A model generated the notes under the pieces. It saw only the letters and a list, made by a program, of their open reading frames with translations. It had not been told where the DNA came from and did no database searches. A DNA stretch of 63,977 nt, counting the filler, from Octopus bimaculoides (lineage: Eukaryota), in NCBI RefSeq assembly GCF_001194135.2. It is 7 parts of 6 records of this genome, joined end to end, with 100 filler letters (N's around TTAATTAATTAA, not from the genome) between each part and the next. Parts side by side here need not be neighbours in the genome. Positions count along the whole stretch, not along the records: positions 51,033 to 56,846 come from NC_069007.1; positions 56,947 to 61,173 come from NC_068983.1; positions 61,274 to 62,838 come from NC_068997.1; positions 62,939 to 63,977 come from NC_068985.1; 3 more parts are not named here. One strand, written 5' to 3'. The position numbers and the translations under genes are program-made. Each line of letters begins with the position of its first letter. Positions within the stretch are counted from its first letter, which is position 1. Positions 54,828 to 63,977 of the stretch are shown in pieces.

Positions 54828-55090
54828 TGCAGGAGTGTCTGTGTGGTAAGTAGGTTGCTTACCAACCACATCGTCCCGAGTTCAATCCCACTGCGTGGCA
54901 CCTTGGGCAAGTGTCTTCTACTATAGCTTCAGGCCGACCAAGGCTTTGTGAGTGGATTTGGTAGATGGAAACTGGAAGAAGCCCGTNNNNNNNNNNNNNN
55001 NNNNNNNNNNNNNNNNNNNNNNNNNNNNNNNNNNNNNNNNNNNNNNNNNNNNNNNNNNNNNNNNNNNNNNNNNNNNNNGAAGAAGCCCGT

Positions 55091-55151
<61 letters not shown>

Positions 55152-55350
55152 ATGTTTGTGTGTCTGTTTATTCCCCCAGCATCGCTTGACAACCAATGCT
55201 GGTGTGTTTACGTCCCTCTAACTCAGCGGTTCAGCAAAAGAGACCGATAGAATAAGTACGAGGCTTACAAAGAATAAGCACTGGGGTCGATTTTCCTGAC
55301 TATAAAGGCAGTGCTCCAGCATGGCCGCAGTCAAATGACTGAAACAAGTA
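54828..55350 (+). mobile_element. Family B tRNA-derived SINE (CORE-like), split by a gap and a microsatellite
   Basis: Head GTGTGGTAAG...GAGTTCAATCCC followed by ACCTTGGGCAAGT, which resembles the CORE-domain start; tail at 55180-55350. Confidence 0.75.
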
Positions 55351-55390
55351 AAAGAGATATATCTATATGTGTGTGTGTGAGTGTGTGTGT

Positions 55391-55590
55391 CATCATCATC
55401 ATCATCATCATCATCGTTTAATGTCCATCTTCCATGCATACATGTGTAGGATGGTTCACAGAGCTGGTCAGGTGGAAAAACTACCCTATGCTACTTTGTC
55501 TGCTTTGGCAGGATTTTTATGGCTGGATGCTCTTCCGAACACCAACCACTCTGCAGAGTGGACTCAGTGCTTTTTACCTGGCACCAGCAC
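55391..55590 (-). mobile_element. (GAT)n-tailed repeat, same family as 52397-52590
   Basis: Shared (cat)n-cgtttaa and ggctggatgc.cttcc motifs. Confidence 0.55.
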
Positions 55591-55847
55591 AGGCGAGGTT
55601 TGTTTTGAGGAAACATATATACACCATTCTGCTTAAATAACGGAACTGCAGATACAATATCCCTACATATCTCATGTCTGTATTTCATATCGTCTCTATA
55701 ATAACTATTACTTAAACATTTTCTTGTACCGTCTCTGATGATGGGATATATAAAATATCCTGGAAACAGCTGTAAGACCTTCTCTTTATAGATGTTATGA
55801 AAACTATTCACAGCCTTGGATTTGATTTTTTTTACCTCATTCTGTTA

Positions 55848-55879
<32 letters not shown>

Positions 55880-56051
55880 NNNNNNNNNNNNNNNNNNNNN
55901 NNNNNNNNNNNNNNNNNNNNNNNNNNNNNNNNNNNNNNNNNNNNNNNNNNNNNNNNNNNNNNNNNNNNNNNNNNNNNNNNNNNNNNNNNNNNNNNNNNNN
56001 NNNNNNNNNNNNNNNNNNNNNNNNNNNNNNNNNNNNNNTATATGTATATAT

Positions 56052-56155
56052 ATCATCATCATCATCGTTTAACATCCACTTTCCATGCTGGCATGGGTGG
56101 GGCAGTTTGACTGAGGACTGGTGAGCCAGAAGGCTGCACCAGGCTCCAATCTGAT
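56052..56155 (-). mobile_element. (GAT)n-tailed repeat, partial
   Basis: catcatcatcgtttaacatccactttccatgctggcatgg. Confidence 0.55.
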
Positions 56156-56564
56156 TACATATAATTATATATATACATACACAGTAATGCTGAATATCTT
56201 TCTCCTCCATATGTTCACCTACCCCATTCCAGAAATGAAACTATCCAAGGGAACAGTGAGTAACAAAGTCTTCTACTTATTAAGGGCCAATCTTGTCCCT
56301 TGTTTAAAGTGGTTTTTGTCTGTCTTTGACCCATTTCATTGGTTGTCCAGCAAGCTCTTGACCAATGGTGTGTTTGATTGTAGACGGTGCATAGCAGGTG
56401 ATATAAGTTAGACAAGTGTTCCCTATGTCTCCAGGATCTCGGTTGGTCTGCAGAGAGTGTGGGTTTAATGTTGCTAGTGTGGGTAGGGTCAAGGAAGGAT
56501 TTCTATGGGCCTTTATTCAACACATGCACATTCACATATAGAAAAAAATTGGTACCCCATTGGT

Positions 56565-56745
56565 TATACAATTCTATATTTAAGAGATGAGGAATTATTT
56601 ACATTATTTACATTATTTACATTTGACGGATATTCGTCCTCATCTTGTTTGTTGTTAACACAACGTTTCGGCTGATATACCCTCCAGCCTTCGTCAGGTG
56701 TCTTGGGGAAATTTCGAACCTGGGTTCTCATTCCTATCGATGTTA
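56565..56745 (-). mobile_element. ~180-bp hammerhead-bearing element, copy 3
   Basis: Reverse complement aligns to 899-1082. Confidence 0.85.
56657..56702 (-). ncRNA. Minimal type-I hammerhead ribozyme, family A copy 3
   Basis: Minus strand GACAC-CTGACGA-A-GGCTG-gagggtatat-CAGCC-GAAA-CG-T-T-GTGTT; the only core change is at variable position 7. Confidence 0.8.
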
Positions 56746-56780
56746 CTATTATTATTATATTATTATTATTATTATTAATC

Positions 56781-56846
56781 AGGTCGCTGCCGTGCATCGA
56801 ACTCGGAACCTTGGGGTTAGTAGCCCGCGCTCTTAACCACTACGCC
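56781..56846 (-). promoter_or_regulatory. tRNA-like SINE head (Pol III A and B boxes) with (AAT)n tail
   Basis: Minus strand GGCGTAGTGGTTAAGAGCGCGGGCTACTAACCCCAAGGTTCCGAGTTCGATGCACGGCAGCGACCT; 5' end cut off by the N gap. Confidence 0.7.
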
Positions 56847-57258
56847 NNNNNNNNNNNNNNNNNNNNNNNNNNNNNNNNNNNNNNNNNNNNTTAATTAATT
56901 AANNNNNNNNNNNNNNNNNNNNNNNNNNNNNNNNNNNNNNNNNNNNGTGTGTGTGTGTGTGTGTGTCTGTGCATTTGTGTATGTGTGTGTGTGTGTGTGT
57001 GTATCTATGTATATATGTATGTCATTATTCAGTTTTATTTCAAGATTTCTTGCCAATAGAGAAAGAGCCGGTTTCTAACATAGATTCAGGGCGCCTTCAT
57101 GGGAACTTCAACATCAAGAACAGAGTATTTTTGTTTGTATGTTTGTATGTTTGTATGTATGTATGTATGTATGTATGTATGCATATGCGCAGATTTGTAT
57201 GTTTTGTTTTATGTATGTATTCTCATGCATACACTTGCATATCTAGACATATATATAT

Positions 57259-58165
57259 TTAAATGATAAACTTCTGGAAAGTTTTACAGATTTTTACAGT
57301 TCCTGTGATGGATTGGATCTGTAGTCTTAGAATTAGCTTTCTACTTTCTGGTTTTGGGAAGCCTAATTTCTCAAGATTGGTATTTCGGCGGTGTGTTACA
57401 TATCCCCGGGTCTCAGTAATTACAAGTACAAACCTGAACTTGTAATCTGGATAGAGTAACTGCAGATTTCTCAATAGTTCAGCGTAGGTATTCTCTCTTT
57501 CACTGATCTTCAGCTTTGTGTTAGCATCCGCTGGGCAGCTAATTTCCACAACTGTACACAGTTTCTCTTCTCTATTCATAATCATTATATCAGGTCTGTT
57601 GTGCTTACATTTTATTGAGGTCTTCACTGGGACATTCCACCAGAAGTCCTCTTTACTATGAGTGGCTATGGTTTCTACCGTACTGTGGATTCTTATTTTT
57701 TTGTCCTCGGGTTTATCTTTCCGTCGGATTTCATTATAGAGTGTCCTAGCTACAACATCATGTCTCATCGTTAAATAATACTATGATGACATTTTCGGAC
57801 AACTGCTAATGATGTGGGTGATATCTTCGGTGTTAACTCCACAAAGTATGAATCGGTTGTCACATTTTACTGCTTTTCCTGCATCTTTGTCCCTTTTGTG
57901 CATCAGGTACTTGGTTGATATTTCCTCTTCCTGGATTGCAAACGTATACATTTCAAGGTAATAATCCGGCTATTCGTCCATGATAGACTGCTTTGATGAT
58001 CAATGCTACTATCATCTCGGAGCTTTCTTCTAACATATCCATGCATAGTCTTCCGCTGATATAAACTCATTCTTTCATCTAATGATGCGTTGCAGTAGAG
58101 TTATGATGTTATCAGCCTCGTGTATGCAAACTTGGTCAAGTGATGCACTTCGACACTTGGTGGTT
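57259..58165 (-). mobile_element. R4/Dong-type LINE C-terminus (zinc knuckle remnant plus restriction-like endonuclease)
   Basis: YTFAIQEEEISTKYL, EDITHIISSCP, RHDVVAR, FWWNVPV, HNRPDI, VEISCP; 169-aa open frame at 57259-57768. Confidence 0.88.
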
Positions 58166-59307
58166 AAAAGGTATTGATGAAGGAATATGATATGACATTC
58201 ATACATACATGCATACAAACATGCATGCACACACACACTTTCTTACATACATGCATACATACATGCGTACGTACGTACGTATGTATGTATGCATGTACGT
58301 ATGCATGTATGTACGTATGTACGTTTGTATGTAAGTATGTATGCGTATGTGTGTATGTATGTATATATGCGTATGTATGTATGTATACATATATGTTTAT
58401 ACGTGTATGTTGAATATAATAAGCTGATTAGAAAACCGTCTCCTTTTGAGGAAGGCTAAGAAGCTAGAAACGCATCCAGTTTCCCAAGAAAGGGCACTAC
58501 CGAGCTGACACACCTTTTGCCACCAGCGAGAATTTTTCCTCCAAGGTAAAAATTGCCTTTAGAAGTTAAAATAAGTCACACAAAAATGCATTAACAAAAT
58601 ACTAGAAGAATAGCAATAACAACTAAAACAATAATAATTACTGTTGTTTTTGTTGTAGTATGATATAATTTGTGTAGTATGGAAGTATGAGGCCTGAGAT
58701 TTAGAAGGTTGAGAAATTAATAGTTGCAACACTTGTGTTGTTTCAAGTTGTATTTTACTTACCCTTTCAAACTTTCCTATTGTCGTTCCCCACGGATAAA
58801 ATTCTGTTAACATTTGAAGGTCCTTTAAATAGAAAATACATCGATACATTTACATCGACAAAACAGTGATAGCAGATTTTTGCTTTTCATTGACGCCTTG
58901 ACATAGATCAAAAATAACAATTGATTTGATATCAGCATAAGCAGCTACGACTGAGTTGAATTATGAAAACTGGTAGGATTGTACATACTAAGTCGATCAG
59001 TTATTTGTCTCCCACTGCAGAGCAAAGACCTACTCTTTACCTCTCTCAAAATTTCAGCTTGAGTTTTGCTTGTTCTGTAATAATTTCACATTTCCTTGGG
59101 TAATTGTAGATATTGATGTATAAACTCAATTGGTGACTAAAGACCGTTAGAGCGTAATCTCTCTTATTCTATCAGCTGCAGCTGAACTTCATCTTTCTTT
59201 CCATAGATCCAACAGGAATATTTGTTAAAGATATTAGTTTTTATGTCATTTAAAGAATCATTTGTACAGTATAAATATATTACAAAATAAATTTACAATA
59301 CGATACA

Positions 59308-59400
59308 TACGAAGTGGCATCAGAAAGTTCCACGACTAATTATGTTTAATGAAAAATAACTTATTTACCTAAATTTTTTTATCATCATCTCCAGTGTAGT
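59308..59400 (+). mobile_element. Tc1/mariner-like terminal fragment
   Basis: TACGAAGTGGCATCAGAAAGTTCCACGACTAATTAT, similar to 15623-15660. Confidence 0.45.
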
Positions 59401-59534
59401 TAATTTCTTGTTATAACATTAAACCTAGAGACCGATAAAATGTCAGCCACTAAGAAACCCTAAAGGCTGATAGTGTAGAGTGATTTTGATATTCCCCACG
59501 ACAGTATTACAAAATTACCCTTATAACCGAGAGG

Positions 59535-59607
<73 letters not shown>

Positions 59608-61273
59608 ACTTTGAAGAGAGAGAGAGAGTCACAGAGAAAGAAAAGCAAATTTACAGAAATCATCAGCTCCTTATCTATGTATTCAGATCAACGCAACGAG
59701 CCGCCAAAACAAAATATCTTGTTTAACCAATAACACATCAAAAAATGTGCAATCAAATGTGGTTCTTAGTCCTAATCAGAAAGCACCTTCCAGCCATATC
59801 CGTAACTTATTAATGAAGCCATAAAGTTATTTAATAGTCATAATCATAAGACATTTAATCGAACAATCAAAAATGCGTTAACTATGCAAATCAGTGTGCG
59901 TGATTTAATTAGGCCCTTAATAATTGGAGCTATAAATACAGTCTCGCTGTTGACAGTTAAGATTAAAGGAAACAGTTGCTGATGAAATCGTAACGACGAC
60001 TGAAATTGTTTTGCTGGCGATTGCTCTTTCTGCAATATTTTTAAAATTACGATTAATTTACACACAAAGAGCGGACACAAATACAGAGGTTTATTCATTA
60101 GTTCAGCATCACATTAAAATAAATATTGACTTAACGAGTCGTTGCTAATAAGTCTTATTGCTTATTCATAAGGGCTTTTGCATCATAATGCGTCATTGAC
60201 AGACTGACTTTTGTTCTGAATGATAAAGTTGGAAACACGGTGCTTTTAAAAGCTTTGTTGCTCGAGGAAACTAATTAAGTATCTCTTCACACTCAATTAT
60301 GCTTTGTTTCAAAGTTGGTGTTTGCTTCCTAATGAAATAAGCCTCAACAATCTCGTGGTTTAGGACATATGTGTCTCGCTAAAATGTTTCGTATGTTTGT
60401 CTAGTTAAATTGCTCTATTTTTCTGATGTGTAGACGTCGTTTGATCGACTCTGTGTAATTGTTGCTACATTGGCAGGTTTATTTGCAAACATTATTTTCC
60501 AAGCATATTAGTCGATGATTGTCTGGCGATTCGTTTCCTGTTCCGTTTTACCAGTGATTAAGTTGATCGGCTTATTGTGGATTGCTGTTGTAGATACAGA
60601 CACAATTTGTTTTAAGACGTATCCGTGTACAGCTATTCTTTCAGGAAATCCAGCTCTTAATAAACAATAAGAAATTTGCTTTCCATCGCCTAGCATTAGC
60701 AGGTCTACATTTTGTAATTGTGTCTTTTTTTTTTCTTTTTTTTTTTAGCCTTTCTTCTCCGATATCAGTCTAGCTGATGACAGTGCCTGGTGCATTGTTT
60801 ATATGCTTTTCTCCAACCACTGAAACGCATACTCACTCCACAAGACAGTGTCATTAACCTCAAGCAGACAACATCACTGAATTTTCTGTGTGCGCAATAC
60901 GACTCAGCGAGATTTGGAGCAGTTAATTTCATCTGCTAAATTCATAGTACTTAAAATTCTGTAAGTATGCAGACTGTAGTTGCGGAAACACGTCTCTCTT
61001 GTTACCCTTCTTGCAAAGGAAGTCTACCATTCTTTGTAAGAATATATTTCATGAGATACATCAATACACACACACACACGCACACATAATAACGCGCGTG
61101 CACACACATAGGTATGTATATATGGATGGATGTATTCATCCATCCATATATACGTGCATATATATATATATATNNNNNNNNNNNNNNNNNNNNNNNNNNN
61201 NNNNNNNNNNNNNNNNNTTAATTAATTAANNNNNNNNNNNNNNNNNNNNNNNNNNNNNNNNNNNNNNNNNNNN

Positions 61274-61363
<90 letters not shown>

Positions 61364-61364
<1 letters not shown>

Positions 61365-62474
61365 CAAGTGCAGCAACTGTTGTTGCAAAGAAGGTGAAAT
61401 CAATAGCAAAGCAAAATGCACTTGAACAATTGACTGATAGGTGGGAATAAAAACCTCTGCAGAGCAAATATGTGGCTCGTAGCAAACAAGCTGATGTAGA
61501 CCAGAAGCACACCCATCAGTCGCTACGGAGCTCAGGGCTGAAGGCAGAGAGTGAAGGCTTTTTCTTAGCTGCCCAAGATCAAGGCTTATTGACCCTGAAC
61601 CATAGACCCAAAGTGCCGATACTGCAACGATGGGATAGAAACAGTCGACCACCTAGACTCTGGATGTAAGGTTTTAACATATGTTGAGTACAAATCAAGA
61701 CACGACAGCGTTGNNNNNNNNNNCTGGATGTAAGGTTTTAACATATGTTGAGTACAAATCAAGACACGACAGCGTTGGCCAATATCTACATTGGATAATG
61801 TGTCGGCATTATAAAATCAAAACTGTTGACAAATGGTATAAGCACCACCCCGAGGCTGTAACTGAGGGAGAAAATGTAACTATTCTCTGGGACTTCCCAG
61901 TATTTACAGGCCGGACCATCAAGGCAAATAAACCAGATATTGTTGTGAAAGACCAAAACAATAAAGTCTGTTTATTGATTGACATAAGCATATCCTGTGA
62001 CCATAATATCTCGGCAAAAGAATATGATAAGCTCAGAAAATATAAAGATCTGCTAATCTGAATCGAAAATATGTGGCATTTCAAGACAGTTATAATACCA
62101 GTGATTGTAGGAGCACTTAGAATGATCAAAAAAGTAACTGAAAATTACTTAAGAATGATCCCTAGTTTACCATCCATGCAGGAAGTGCAAAAGATTGTTT
62201 TAACTGGTACGTCACACGTATTGAGAAGAGCATTGTCGCTGTAAATTTTCTTTCCTATTCCTCCCTTTTTTTTATTTATTTACTTTTCTATTTTTTATTC
62301 TTTCCTTTTTCTCTTTGTCTTCTCTCTTTTCTCTATCACATGACATTGTAAATGAACAATCTTGTGCGCTTGTTTTAATGGCCTACCAATGTATACAGTA
62401 CGTTTCTCTGCCATAGGCGTCAGGAATACACTCGGCAAGAAATGGAACTAAAATTGAAAGAAAATGCTAATGCA

Positions 62475-62475
<1 letters not shown>
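61364..62475 (+). mobile_element. 5'-truncated R4/Dong-type LINE with 3' UTR, flanked by (AAT)n
   Basis: ESEGFFLAAQDQGL, DPKCRYCNDGIETVDHLDSGC (CCHC), RHDSVG, ILWDFPV, ANKPDIVV, LLIDISI, PVIVGAL, QKIVLTGTSHVLRRALSL*. Confidence 0.92.
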
Positions 62476-62527
<52 letters not shown>

Positions 62528-62939
62528 ATACATACATACATACATACATACATACATACATACATGACGACTGCTCCATCTTCACAGACGATAGCCATCC
62601 CCTCAACAATCCACACATATCATCACGCAGTACAATCACTCCGTTGGTGAGCCCTCAACTGACTTTGAAGTCCGGCTGCTGAGCAACAAGGTCTACAGCA
62701 CAGATGACAAATGTTCAGGCCTCTCGATCCTTGCCCGCTGGTATCTGATTCTAAGGAAACGCTTCTGTGAACCAGCATATGTCTCTTAAGTCCGGGTATT
62801 GTTTTACAAACCTTGTGACATATGCCACAGGTCGCAGANNNNNNNNNNNNNNNNNNNNNNNNNNNNNNNNNNNNNNNNNNNNTTAATTAATTAANNNNNN
62901 NNNNNNNNNNNNNNNNNNNNNNNNNNNNNNNNNNNNNNC

Positions 62940-63019
62940 CCCACTACTACTACTATGACAACCACTATTACTACTAACTACTACTACCACCAACTGCTTT
63001 AACAACCACCACCACCACC

Positions 63020-63087
<68 letters not shown>

Positions 63088-63210
63088 CACTACTACTATG
63101 ATGATAGCTATTACTACTAGTTTTACCATCACCGCCACCACTATTGCCATCCCCATCATCAATATCACCCACCACCACCACCACCACCACTACTATGACA
63201 ACCACTATTG

Positions 63211-63245
<35 letters not shown>

Positions 63246-63322
63246 GTTACTACCATCAGTGGCTTTAAGTATCAACATCACTACTACGGCTACTACTTCA
63301 ATAACTAATGCTGCTGCTGCTG

Positions 63323-63397
<75 letters not shown>

Positions 63398-63977
63398 TCA
63401 TAATTCCTGCTGCAAAATGTGTCCACTTCACTGTGGCCAATACCACCTCTGCAATCATCCTCTTGGTTATGTCAATAACTACTATTACTGCTACTGCTGC
63501 TACTACCACTACTATTCCTACTACAACTACTACTACTTCTGCTACTGCTGCTACTGCTGCTGCTGTCAAAGATAGGATGGTCACAGTTACAATGCTTTTG
63601 AACTTAAGACTACATCCTTCAGGACAGATCTGGAGATGAAACAAGAACAACATCAACATCAACAGCAATCAGCACTGTTACATCTAGTACCACCACCGCC
63701 ACTGCCAACATCACCACCACTACCACTACCACCAACACCAACACTAATACCAACACTACCACTGGCACCATCACCAATTATACTACAGCACTACCACCAA
63801 CACCATCACAATTATACTACCACCACCACCAACACCATCACTAGTACCAACACTACCACTGGCACCATCACCAATTATACTACAGCACCACTGCCAGCAC
63901 CATCACCACCACCACCACAACCACCATCTGCCACTAATACCAACACTACCACCAGTGCCACCACCACGACCAGTGTT
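62940..63977. repeat. (ACT/ACC/GCT)n low-complexity region with higher-order repeats near the window end
   Basis: Direct inspection. Confidence 0.9.

Noticed and set aside
56112-56142. CTGAGGA-CTGG/CCAG hairpin
   Set aside because: No GAAA or UH, no helix I; lies within a (GAT)n-tailed repeat
56781-56846. Possible tRNA-Ser gene (anticodon ACT)
   Set aside because: Anticodon stem has two mismatches, the T-arm is poor and it runs straight into (AAT)n; it is a SINE head
58441-58480. TTGAGGA-A-GGCT/AGCT-AGAAA-CGCA-TC
   Set aside because: C3 is lost and helix I does not pair; at best a dead remnant
59983-60017. CTGATGA...GAAA with a small stem-loop
   Set aside because: Helix III is non-palindromic, helices I and II contain mismatches, single copy; several CTGATGA matches are expected by chance at this composition
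61660-61777. 54-bp direct duplication inside the Dong element
   Set aside because: The two copies sit either side of a 10-N gap, typical of an unmerged contig overlap; the short repeat around the 54987-55078 gap looks the same
26279-62894. Palindromic TTAATTAATTAA recurring at 26279, 37575, 50977, 56891, 61218 and 62883
   Set aside because: Always centred in N-runs (44 N + 12 bp + 44 N where counted) and gives stops in all six frames: a scaffolding linker, not biology

Overview
AT-rich, gap-ridden eukaryotic genomic DNA with no host protein-coding exon that I can support; it reads as intergenic or intronic. The repeat landscape (dense microsatellites, three tRNA-derived SINE families, R4/Dong, RTE, L1/Tx1 and many Penelope-like remnants) suggests a coleoid cephalopod, probably Octopus. 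That assignment is inference from repeat content, not a database result. All recognisable coding sequence is decayed retroelement: Penelope-like RT/GIY-YIG pieces (5.3, 9.4, 12.0, 19.0-20.8, 32.1-33.3, 44.2-44.9 kb), R4/Dong-type LINE pieces (0.66, 30.5, 57.3, 61.4 kb), RTE pieces (26.6, 51.0 kb) and an L1/Tx1 piece (26.0 kb). The main signal is non-coding. At least seven minimal type-I hammerhead ribozyme motifs have an intact CUGANGA...GAAA...UH core, and several more are decayed. They fall into about five sequence families and share a palindromic or near-palindromic helix III and, in most, an extra purine after A9. One three-copy family lies in a ~180-bp non-autonomous element; its copy at 56.6-56.8 kb sits directly downstream of a tRNA-like Pol III head with no T4 terminator in between. 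All structures were folded by eye and none is experimentally tested. TTAATTAATTAA inside N-runs is a scaffolding artefact.
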